64,000 bases of DNA, taken from the NCBI GenBank assembly GCA_963691765.1, contig OY829375.1, one strand, 5' to 3'. The notes beneath the pieces were generated by a model, which worked only from the letters and a program-made list of their open reading frames with translations, searched no databases and had not been told where the DNA came from. Shown here piece by piece: positions 10,501 to 18,569 of this stretch. The position numbers and the translations under genes are program-made. The DNA comes from Ekhidna sp. (GTDB taxonomy: Bacteria; Bacteroidota; Bacteroidia; Cytophagales; Cyclobacteriaceae). Numbering within the stretch: the first letter of the stretch is position 1; every line of letters begins with the position of its first letter.

Positions 10501-10732
10501 ACACCAAGACATCAGATGATGACGCATTGATTGTAAAATTCCCGTCTACATCGGTTACGTCCCCACTGTTGGTGCCTTTGACTAGAATCGTAACTCCTGG
10601 CAATCCCTCTCCGTTCTCATCAGTCACTCTTCCTGATACTGTCTGCTGAGCAAGAAGGGTAAATGAAGACGCTAAAGAAAAGATTGCTAGTAGTGCAATT
10701 CTAACCTTTTGTAAAATGTAATTTTTCTTCAT
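7583..10732 (-). CDS. susC: SusC/RagA-family TonB-dependent outer-membrane transporter
   Basis: The ORF track gives 7583..10756 (MRIINSLIM...). I prefer the ATG at 10732 (MKKNYILQKVRIALLAIFSLASSFTLLAQQ, a clean signal peptide). It has a carboxypeptidase-regulatory-like domain (VSGRVTDENGEGLPGVTILVKGT), a plug and a long barrel ending in ...VKAGF. No STN domain is present. Confidence 0.92.
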   Translation of the reverse strand: MKKNYILQKVRIALLAIFSLASSFTLLAQQTVSGRVTDENGEGLPGVTILVKGTNSGDVTDVDGNFTINASSSDVLVFSSIGFQTQEIPINNQTSIAVNLQTDLQSLQEVVVLGYGSQSREEFTGSIAVVPVAEALKLPVANVSEALQGRAPGVSVITQGQPGEAPEVRIRGFASPNGNDPLYIIDGMQTTDPTIMNDINPADVESIQVLKDAASTAIYGVRASNGIVIVTTKRGQVSGKPKLSFEAFAGVQNPTNFPDLLSAQQWADAFGDGTIPQYLGSPNENQPYNFDTNRITPTSSGGTDWVDEIFDPASFQNYYLSAQGGTDRGRYMMSVGYLDKEGVVLNTGYDRFSGRINSEFNILDNLRIGQHLNISTSNQQDIPREASDDNPISLASRIHPFIPVRDQGGNFAGNAVAGLGNAANPVAALERANALGNNLQSFRTFGDAYLEFDPIEDLTFKTTLGINNRVDRRRTVTPQNPEHSEPITTTQLTEDTYEQFSWVWSNTATYTKSFDNHNFKALIGVESVKDQITKRQVIGREFFLETENFVQIQAAQEISVPIGDPTNGRPNEEISTSLASVFGSLNYNYDRKYFASFSVRRDQTSRFTDANNTGVFPSASVAWAVHKESFLEGNSTISNLKLRFSFGETGNQSISRSNPTVDLFGFASEQSAYDIDGSGSGEAVGIVQTQIGNPDLTWETSRQINFGVDFGMLQNDLNVSLDIYKINTEDMIFAPLVAGLPAVTTAPVVNIGEMENRGFDLSISYGNYSKGGAVKYDITANVSAYKNELVAFNDESAESFPGDVYRGSSFTRTDVGNPISYFYGLDVIGIFQNETEVANSPDQGFATNADGVGRFRYRDVDGDGDIDADDRTNLGSPHPDFVFGLNAYVEYKNFDISLFVTGSQGNEIYNQTKFFTDFPQFDGNRSTRILDSWTPNNPGASLPSLDGNGADNGETNPNSYFVEDGSYVRLKNLQIGYNLPQSVLSSVKGLESLRVYIQGTNLFTITDYNGFDPEITNRNASAQPNLSMGVDFGRFPLTQVYTIGVKAGF

Positions 10733-10811
10733 GATTAATGAATTAATGATTCTCATTGAAGTATGATTTCAAAACGCCATAGCGACTTTAGGTACATACT
10801 ATTTTCAACAT

Positions 10812-10876
10812 CAAACTTCAGATTTTTTGATTGAGAAAGGCATAGGGATTCGTTCCGTTATAGACTGGTGAATGTT
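10812..10876 (-). promoter_or_regulatory. putative promoter plus activator site of susC-susD-FG-GAP operon: conserved 30-mer (10847-10876), 27-nt spacer, -7-like GAAGTTTG (10812-10819)
   Basis: In gene orientation the 30-mer is AACATTCACCAGTCTATAACGGAACGAATC. It has the same architecture as 2426-2490. Confidence 0.5.
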
Positions 10877-10915
10877 GCATTAATTACAGTTTTGGAGTTG
10901 AAAAACGACGAATAA

Positions 10916-10930
10916 TTGCCAAAATGGCAA
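10916..10930 (-). terminator. weak hairpin after HTCS gene
   Basis: TTGCCA-AAA-TGGCAA (6-bp stem) lies about 20 nt after the HTCS stop and is followed on the minus strand by UUAUUCGUCGUUUUU. The structure is weak. Confidence 0.3.
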
Positions 10931-10950
10931 AAAATCAGGTGAAACATTTA

Positions 10951-13900
10951 TCATGCTTCTATTTCAGTTCCATATTCCGAAGGGTTCACCCCAAATTGTT
11001 TTTTGAAACAAAACCTGAAGTATTGAAGGTCATTGAAACCTACCTCATAGGTTATTTCAGAAATGGTCATCTCATTGGATTTAATCAGCTGAGCTGCCCG
11101 CTTTAATCTAATGGACCTAATGAGCTCATTAGCTGACTGACCAACTAGCCCTTTCAATTTGCGATAAAGCTGTGTTCTGCTTAACCCCATCTCTTTGCAA
11201 ACGTCATCGATGCTGAGGTCAGAATTAGACATATTTAATTCTATAAACTCAATAAGCTTGCGTAAAAATTCTTTGTCCTTAGAGACCACTTTGACCTCAC
11301 TAGGAGCAAGCTCAACATTGGTATGGTCCAGTAGTTGAGACTTCAGATTTTCCCGTGACTGTAAAATGTTTCGAACACGCAGCTCTAGTAATTTTGGATT
11401 GAATGGTTTAGTCACGTAGTTATCGGCTCCGATTTCAAAACCTTTCAGTGCACTATCGTTCGAAGCCTTGGCCGTTAGTAGAATGAATGGAATATGGCAG
11501 GTTTTATCATCAAGCTTTAGCGCTTTGCATAATTCATATCCATCCATTCGAGGCATCATCACATCGGAAATGATTATATCCGGAATTTCTTGTTGAGCAA
11601 TTTTCAAAGCTTTTTCTCCATCTTCAGCCTCCATGATGCGATAGTTAGAGATAAGGTGTTCGCTGATAAATAGTCTGATATCTTCATTGTCATCCACAAC
11701 CAATACGATTGGTAAATTTTCATTTTCTGGATCATCTTCAACCGTTTCTACATCAGATACATCCATAGGATGCCTTCGAACATAAGGTTCTTTTTCCTTC
11801 GAATGAAAATCATCTGCTATGTATGTTTTTTCCTCATCACTCAAGTGCTCGCCACCTTTTCTTAATTCAACGACAAACTTGGTCCCTTCTCCTTCTGTGC
11901 TTGTCACATTGATCACTCCTTTGTGCAATTCAACGAGCTCTTTGGTCAATGCTAGCCCAATTCCTGTTCCTTTCTTTTCCGTACTATCAATCTGATAGAA
12001 GCGATTAAATATCAAGTCAAGTTGAGATTTGGACATGCCAATGCCTGAGTCCTCAATTATCAACTGAATGGTCGATTCCTTTTCAACTATTGAGAAGTCT
12101 ATTTTTCCAAATTCCTGCGTGTATTTAAAGGCATTGGAAAGTAAGTTGACAATGATTTTTTCAAGTTTGTCTTTCTCAAAAAACAATGAAATGTCTTCCT
12201 CTGGAAACGTACACTTATAATCGATGTATTGTTTTTCCGCATACGTAGTAAAGGAATGGACAATAGGCTTCACAAATTTCACCAAATCTTGCCTGGAAGC
12301 TTGCAATTGCATGTGTCCAGCCTCCAGTTTTGATAGATCCAATAACTGATTGATCAAACTCAAAAGCCGATCTGCATTTCGAGCCATCATTTTATATTGA
12401 TTTTTGGGGTCGCCTTTGAAAAACCCATCGATCATGGATTTTAACGGACTAATAATCAACGTCAGCGGAGTTCTAAATTCATGAGAAATGTTGGCAAAGA
12501 ATCGAGATTTCATTGAATCGAGTTCTTTCATTTTCTCTAGTTCAATGTGTTCTATTGTGAGGTTTCTTCTAAGCCTTTCTCGTTTTATGAATAACCATCC
12601 AAAACCAAACAAGGCTGTCCCTATTAAAAGCGTATATATTATATACGCCAATGTTGTATTCCACCACGGCCTTTTAATGTGGATCTTTAAGACTGCAGCT
12701 TCTTCATTCCACTTCCCATCATTGTTTGATCCTCTGACCTGAAATTCGTAGTTGCCCGGTGGCACATTGGTATATCTTGCTTCTTGGTAGTTTGATGGCT
12801 CTATCCATTGATCATCATACCCCTTGAGCATATAGGCGATTTGATTCTTCGTGGATTTCGAATAATTGAGAATAGCATAATCAATGATAAAATCATTTGC
12901 TTCGTGCTCGAGCTCAACCCTCTTATCCTGATTACTTAGTTCAAGAATTTCTCCCAGATATATAGAATGATCTGGTCTTGTCTCAAACTCCATTGAGGTT
13001 ATAAATACATCGGGAATGTTATTATTAATGGTAAATGAGCCAGGAGTAAAATGATTAAAACCTTTTATGCCACCGAATAATAAATCTCCATTGGGGGCGG
13101 TAATTGCAGCACCTTTAATAAACTCTGAAGATTGAGCTCCATCCGTTTCGTCAAAAATTCTGATTGTATTGCTTGAGGTATTTAAAACTGACAAACCATT
13201 ATTCGTACTTAGCCACAGGTTGTCATTATCGTCTTCGGCAATGGCATAAATCAAATTGCTGGATAGTCCATCTTCTTTGGTAAATCGTTTAAAGGAATGA
13301 TCTTCTTTATCGTATCTATTCAACCCTCCACCTTCAGTTCCTACCCAGATGACTCCATTTTGGTCTTCGAAGATGATGTTGATGATGTTATGAGAAAGGC
13401 TTGATTCGTTGTCTTCCTCGTATTCAAAAAGCTGAGACTGTTTTAAATCATAGTTTTCATCAACCTGTACTTTATATAGACCATCACCTTCAGTGCCTAT
13501 CCATATATCTTCATTCGAATCCTGATAAATTACTGTTGGTCTTTCACTAGTTATTTGATTTAGCTCTTCATCAGATTGAAATAACTTTTTGAAGATGCGT
13601 TGGTCTTTCAAATAGACGCTTATTCCGGCTCTAAAGGATGCGGCCCAAATGTTCCCACGGTCATCTTCCATTAAATCGAAGAGTTGATTGCCACATGGTC
13701 CCAACTCCAACCTGCTTTTGTTATAGGTATAGGTGATGAAAGAACTTCCCTGCTTTTTCATCATCCCTCCCCAAGTCGCTAGCCAAAGGTCACCTTGCTT
13801 ATCGAGTAGAACATCCAATACTGCATTGCTACCTCCATGGGTTTCTAAATCAAATTTTTGATCCACAATACCATTGACTAAATCAAAGCGATTCAATCCA

Positions 13901-15042
13901 CCCCCGTCTGTACCCACCCAAACAAAACGACTATCAATCGCAGCAAAAGACGAAACCATGTTTTGACTAATCTCAGTATCAAGATTTGCCTTGTTGTAAA
14001 CATGCTTCATCCGCTGGTGATTAGGATCAACCTTTACTACTCCACCGTTGAATGTGCCAGCCCAAAGTATTCCAAGATCATCTACCAATAGCGACCAAAC
14101 CGAATTACTAATGATTGTACCTGTAGGATCTCTTAGTTGGTATTGACTAAGCTTTTGATTGGAAATGTTATAATAAAAAAGACCTCCATTTTCAGTGCCT
14201 ATCCAAAGATTACCATCAGCATCTTCAGCCATTGAAAGGACTGTGAGATCCATCAATCTTTGATAAACAGGATCTTGAGAATAAAGAGGTTCAAAATGAT
14301 ATTGATTGTTGCGATAGTTTATTCGAGCCAAGCCTTTGTCTAACCCTAACCAAAAATTTTGGCCTTTGAACATACATACAACATTGTCGGATTGTAATCC
14401 ACGTTCAGTAAGATCATACCGAGTAAAACTTGAACTACTCGGTGAATAAAGACTTAACCCTGACCATGTCCCAATCCAGATATTACCTTGATTGTCTCTT
14501 TCAATAGCAGTAGTGTGATTGCTAGAAAGGCTTTTATCATCATCAATATTGGACCAAAAACGGTCTACCTTGTTGGTGTTAAAATCTATCCGATTGATCC
14601 CTTTCGATTTTATGCCTATCCATAGGTTATTCCCCTCAAGCAATAAGCTTCCAGATGCATTGGCAGATATTGAATTTTCATCGTACGCGTTGTGCTTAAA
14701 TACATGAAACGTGTCCGCCGAATAGTCATATTTTAATACTCCAGAACCTTCTGTCGCAATCCAGATATCGCCGTTTTCGTCAAGCTCAATATCTCTTACA
14801 TAGCTCCCTTCCTTAAATACTTCACCATCCTTCTTTCTTGGAAAATGCTGATAGCTTATTCCATCGAATTTATTTAGTCCGTAGCGTGTGCCAAACCACA
14901 AAAACCCATACTGATCCTTTACTATCTTAGTTACGGACCCTTGAGAAATGCCTTTAGGCAATGGTTCAAAGCGAATGCCTTCTTGACTAAAAATTTCAAG
15001 GCTAAAACATAAAAACAGACCTAGGGGCAACGAAGAGCGCAT
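10951..15042 (-). CDS. hybrid two-component system sensor kinase/response regulator with AraC-type HTH (HTCS)
   Basis: 1363 aa with a signal peptide, a long beta-propeller/Y_Y_Y-type periplasmic region and a TM segment (LAYIIYTLLIGTALFGFGWLFI). It has an H-box (FANISHEFRTPLTLI), an HATPase domain (GTGIGLALTKELVELHKG) and a receiver (LVVDDNEDIR, IISDVMMPRMDG, LLTAK). The C-terminus is an AraC HTH. Confidence 0.93.
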   Translation of the reverse strand: MRSSLPLGLFLCFSLEIFSQEGIRFEPLPKGISQGSVTKIVKDQYGFLWFGTRYGLNKFDGISYQHFPRKKDGEVFKEGSYVRDIELDENGDIWIATEGSGVLKYDYSADTFHVFKHNAYDENSISANASGSLLLEGNNLWIGIKSKGINRIDFNTNKVDRFWSNIDDDKSLSSNHTTAIERDNQGNIWIGTWSGLSLYSPSSSSFTRYDLTERGLQSDNVVCMFKGQNFWLGLDKGLARINYRNNQYHFEPLYSQDPVYQRLMDLTVLSMAEDADGNLWIGTENGGLFYYNISNQKLSQYQLRDPTGTIISNSVWSLLVDDLGILWAGTFNGGVVKVDPNHQRMKHVYNKANLDTEISQNMVSSFAAIDSRFVWVGTDGGGLNRFDLVNGIVDQKFDLETHGGSNAVLDVLLDKQGDLWLATWGGMMKKQGSSFITYTYNKSRLELGPCGNQLFDLMEDDRGNIWAASFRAGISVYLKDQRIFKKLFQSDEELNQITSERPTVIYQDSNEDIWIGTEGDGLYKVQVDENYDLKQSQLFEYEEDNESSLSHNIINIIFEDQNGVIWVGTEGGGLNRYDKEDHSFKRFTKEDGLSSNLIYAIAEDDNDNLWLSTNNGLSVLNTSSNTIRIFDETDGAQSSEFIKGAAITAPNGDLLFGGIKGFNHFTPGSFTINNNIPDVFITSMEFETRPDHSIYLGEILELSNQDKRVELEHEANDFIIDYAILNYSKSTKNQIAYMLKGYDDQWIEPSNYQEARYTNVPPGNYEFQVRGSNNDGKWNEEAAVLKIHIKRPWWNTTLAYIIYTLLIGTALFGFGWLFIKRERLRRNLTIEHIELEKMKELDSMKSRFFANISHEFRTPLTLIISPLKSMIDGFFKGDPKNQYKMMARNADRLLSLINQLLDLSKLEAGHMQLQASRQDLVKFVKPIVHSFTTYAEKQYIDYKCTFPEEDISLFFEKDKLEKIIVNLLSNAFKYTQEFGKIDFSIVEKESTIQLIIEDSGIGMSKSQLDLIFNRFYQIDSTEKKGTGIGLALTKELVELHKGVINVTSTEGEGTKFVVELRKGGEHLSDEEKTYIADDFHSKEKEPYVRRHPMDVSDVETVEDDPENENLPIVLVVDDNEDIRLFISEHLISNYRIMEAEDGEKALKIAQQEIPDIIISDVMMPRMDGYELCKALKLDDKTCHIPFILLTAKASNDSALKGFEIGADNYVTKPFNPKLLELRVRNILQSRENLKSQLLDHTNVELAPSEVKVVSKDKEFLRKLIEFIELNMSNSDLSIDDVCKEMGLSRTQLYRKLKGLVGQSANELIRSIRLKRAAQLIKSNEMTISEITYEVGFNDLQYFRFCFKKQFGVNPSEYGTEIEA

Positions 15043-15159
15043 TTTTCAAAACTAATAAAGTAAAATGGAATAAATACCCGTCATCTTTGGATTAGGGTTC
15101 CATGCTATAATAGCACCCATTGATTGAATTTTGGATTCGAATACAAATAGCACTTTCGA

Positions 15160-17451
15160 ATGAACAACACAATGTCAAGATTTGAATTATCAAAAATTGC
15201 CTTCACCCTAGCAATTCTATTTTTTACATACTCCTGCAACTTCAAAAGTCCGGAAAAAAGTGAATTTGATGATCAAGTTTCATCACTGATATCAAATATG
15301 TCTTTAGAAGAGAAAGTGGGTCAGATGACCCAAGTGACAATTGATCTTATACTCAAGGATGATTCCAATACTGAGGTGGACCCTGAGAAATTGAGAACCG
15401 CCATTCTAAATAAAAAAGTTGGATCAATACTCAATGTAAAAGGCAATGCATATACACTCAAAGAATGGCATGCTATAATCAATCAAATACAAGATCTGGC
15501 AACCAGCGAAACACCGAATGCTATTCCTGTACTTTATGGCATTGATGCAATACACGGCGCTAGCTATATTCAAGGGGGTACACTTTTCCCACACAACATT
15601 GGAATGGCTGCCACTAGAAATCCTGACTTAGCTGCTCAGTCTGCAAATGTTACTGCTCTCGAAACCCGAGCTGCAGGAATCAGATGGAATTTTGATCCTG
15701 TCGTGGGTATGGGTAGAGAGCCATTATGGTCACGCTTTGAAGAAACTTATGGCGAAGATGTTTACTTGACAAGTAGCATGGGTGCTAGTGTTATTCAGGC
15801 ATACGAAAAAAATGACCTTAAGAAGACAGATGCCATTGCTTCGTGTATGAAGCATTTTATTGGCTATTCTGTCCCTGCCAGTGGTAAAGACCGAACGCCG
15901 GCCTATATTCCGGAAAGACAGCTCAGAGAAATCTTTTTACCTCCATTCCAGGCAGCTGTTGATGCAGGCACATCAACAGTTATGATTAACTCAGGCGAAG
16001 TAAATGGAGTGCCTGTTCACGGAAGCGAATTTTTCTTAAAATCAATCCTCCGTGACGAACTTGGTTTCAAAGGATTGGCTGTATCTGATTGGGAAGATAT
16101 CATTAGGCTACATACAAGACATAAAATAGCAGCTACTCCAAAAGAAGCAGTTAAAATAGCTGTCAATGCAGGGATAGATATGAGCATGATTCCACTGGAT
16201 TATTCATTTTACGACTACCTTGTTGAGCTCGTGAATGAAGGTGAAGTTAGCATGGCACGTATTGACGAAGCTGTTGGGAGAATACTTCAATTAAAATTAG
16301 ATCTTGGGTTGTTTGACAATCCTTTGCCAGAAAATGAGGCTATCAAAAACTTTGGGAAAGAAGAATTTAAAGATTTGGCTAAACAAGCTGCATTGGAGTC
16401 TATAACCTTATTGAAAAATGAGTCCAACATTCTCCCGCTAAGTGGTAACAAAAGAATCCTGATTGCTGGACCTGGAGCCAACAACATCCCAAGTTTGCAT
16501 GGCAGTTGGTCTTTTACATGGCAAGGAAACAATTCGAACTATTATCCTGAATCTACTCAAACAATAGTTGAGGTATTCAGCAGTTATTTTGCCGAGGAAG
16601 GATTTAATGGGAGTATCATTTCAAATGCCAATCCTGATTTTAACCATCCTGATAATTACAATACATCAAAATTGATCTCGGATGCAAAACTGGCTGATGT
16701 GATTGTACTATGTCTCGGAGAAAATTCATATGCAGAAGGGCCTGGTGTCATCGATGATTTGACATTAGATAAAAAGCAAATTGAACTTGCAAAAGCAGCT
16801 GCAAGTACTGGAAAACCTGTTGTTGTTGTTTTAGTCCAAGGAAGGCCAAGAGTAATATCTTCTATTGAGTCTGAAATGGATGCAATCGTAAATGCGTATC
16901 GCCCAGGGAGTCAAGGAGCATCGGCTATTTTAGATGTGCTAACTGGCACATATAATCCGTCAGGTAAATTGCCATATACCTATCCTAAAATGACTGGTGA
17001 CATTGTTTTATATGATCATAAGTTTTCAGAAACAATTAGAGAAGATCAACCAAACACATATGGCAGTGGTGCTTATCGACCGCAGTGGCCATTCGGGCAT
17101 GGCTTAAGCTATACCTCATTCGCGTATTCAGATCTTCAGCTAAGCACTACTTCAATCAAAGAGGATGGAGAAGTTGAAGTCAGCGTCAACGTGGCAAACA
17201 CTGGAGAAATTGAAGGACATCACACGGTAGAATTATATGTAAGTGATAGATATGCAAGCGTAACACCTAGCAATAGAAAATTGAAAGGTTTCAAAAAAAT
17301 AGCACTTGATGCAGGCGAGAGTAAGGTTGTTCAATTTAAATTGAAAGCTTCAGACCTTTCTTTTGTTGGCTTAGACAATGAATGGAGAACTGAAGCAGGA
17401 GAATTTGATATTAAAATTGGAAATCTAACTTCAACATTTAATTTGCAATAA
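15160..17451 (+). CDS. bglX: glycoside hydrolase family 3 beta-glucosidase (periplasmic lipoprotein)
   Basis: 763 aa with lipoprotein-type signal ILFFTYSC. It has GH3 blocks YGIDAIHGASY, MKHFIGYS and GLAVSDWEDII, and a C-terminal Fn3-like domain. A -7-like GAATTTTG lies at 15126-15133. Confidence 0.9.
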   Translation: MNNTMSRFELSKIAFTLAILFFTYSCNFKSPEKSEFDDQVSSLISNMSLEEKVGQMTQVTIDLILKDDSNTEVDPEKLRTAILNKKVGSILNVKGNAYTLKEWHAIINQIQDLATSETPNAIPVLYGIDAIHGASYIQGGTLFPHNIGMAATRNPDLAAQSANVTALETRAAGIRWNFDPVVGMGREPLWSRFEETYGEDVYLTSSMGASVIQAYEKNDLKKTDAIASCMKHFIGYSVPASGKDRTPAYIPERQLREIFLPPFQAAVDAGTSTVMINSGEVNGVPVHGSEFFLKSILRDELGFKGLAVSDWEDIIRLHTRHKIAATPKEAVKIAVNAGIDMSMIPLDYSFYDYLVELVNEGEVSMARIDEAVGRILQLKLDLGLFDNPLPENEAIKNFGKEEFKDLAKQAALESITLLKNESNILPLSGNKRILIAGPGANNIPSLHGSWSFTWQGNNSNYYPESTQTIVEVFSSYFAEEGFNGSIISNANPDFNHPDNYNTSKLISDAKLADVIVLCLGENSYAEGPGVIDDLTLDKKQIELAKAAASTGKPVVVVLVQGRPRVISSIESEMDAIVNAYRPGSQGASAILDVLTGTYNPSGKLPYTYPKMTGDIVLYDHKFSETIREDQPNTYGSGAYRPQWPFGHGLSYTSFAYSDLQLSTTSIKEDGEVEVSVNVANTGEIEGHHTVELYVSDRYASVTPSNRKLKGFKKIALDAGESKVVQFKLKASDLSFVGLDNEWRTEAGEFDIKIGNLTSTFNLQ

Positions 17452-18479
17452 TGCATCACAATCAACTTATTAAAACTGGCTTAATACTTCTTCTATGCTG
17501 GAGTTGCGGCCAATCCAATCAATCAGAATCGACTGAATCAGTCGAAAAATATCCAACTATCGGATCAGTAGAACGACTAGATCCGGCAATAAATGATATC
17601 GTTTCTCAAGATGCCAAAGTAGAAATTTTAGCGGAGGGATTTCTTTGGTCTGAAGGCCCTGTTTGGGTCGAAGAGCTTAACTCTCTTTTATACTCAGATG
17701 TACCAGCTAATACTGTTTACAAGTGGAATGAATCTGATGGCAATCAAGTTTACCTCAAACCATCTGGTCATACAGGCATAGAGCCTTCATCAACTACTGG
17801 AGGAGCGAATGGACTTGCATTAGATCTCAATGGTGATCTATTGCTATGCCAGCACGGGGATAGAAGGTTGGCACGAATCAAAAAAGAACAACTCAGCATA
17901 GAGAACCCGGAATTTATATCTGTGATCAATCGATTTGAAGATAAAAGATTCAACAGCCCAAATGATCTAGCAGTGGCCAGCAATGGTGATATCTATTTCA
18001 CAGACCCTCCATATGGACTTCAAAAGCAAGACGATGATTCGCTAAAAGAATTGACCTATAATGGAGTATATAAGCTTGCTATAGATGGGACATTGACACT
18101 TCTTACCGATGACTTAACCAGGCCAAATGGCATAGCTCTTTCTCCTGATGAGCAAACATTATATGTTGCCAACTCAGACTCAGAACGTGCCATATGGATG
18201 GCATACGACCTATCAGAATCTGGAGTAGAAAATGGCAGAGTTTTCTTCGACGCAACAGATAAAGTTGCAACGCTCGAAGGTCTGCCTGATGGACTCAAAG
18301 TCAATAAAGACGGGATCATATTCGCAACAGGACCAGGAGGTGTTTATGTTTTCGATCCAAGTGGTAAACATTTAGGCACAATATTGACTGAACTTGCCTC
18401 AGCTAACTGTGCGTTAAGTGACGATGAAAAAACGCTTTATATGACCACCCATAAGTACCTTACTCGGATAAAGCTTTAA
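17451..18479 (+). CDS. SMP-30/gluconolactonase/LRE-family lactonase (lipoprotein)
   Basis: 342 aa with lipobox LLLCWSC. Propeller motifs are LWSEGPVW, NSPNDLAV, RPNGIALSPD and LPDGLKVNKDG. Its ATG overlaps the GH3 stop (TAATG). Confidence 0.85.
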   Translation: MHHNQLIKTGLILLLCWSCGQSNQSESTESVEKYPTIGSVERLDPAINDIVSQDAKVEILAEGFLWSEGPVWVEELNSLLYSDVPANTVYKWNESDGNQVYLKPSGHTGIEPSSTTGGANGLALDLNGDLLLCQHGDRRLARIKKEQLSIENPEFISVINRFEDKRFNSPNDLAVASNGDIYFTDPPYGLQKQDDDSLKELTYNGVYKLAIDGTLTLLTDDLTRPNGIALSPDEQTLYVANSDSERAIWMAYDLSESGVENGRVFFDATDKVATLEGLPDGLKVNKDGIIFATGPGGVYVFDPSGKHLGTILTELASANCALSDDEKTLYMTTHKYLTRIKL

Positions 18480-18569
18480 ATAAATAACTTCAAAACCTTG
18501 ATGTTTATGTAATCAATCATTTCAAAGAAATGTCCAATGAGATTTTATCTTTGAGGTAAACAGATTACG

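Noticed and set aside
2552-15042. Numerous 60-125-aa ORFs nested in or antisense to the FG-GAP, SusD, SusC and HTCS genes (e.g. 6839-7216, 9303-9515, 12488-12742)
   Set aside because: All are fully embedded in long ORFs with strong family signatures. None has its own promoter box or recognisable motifs.
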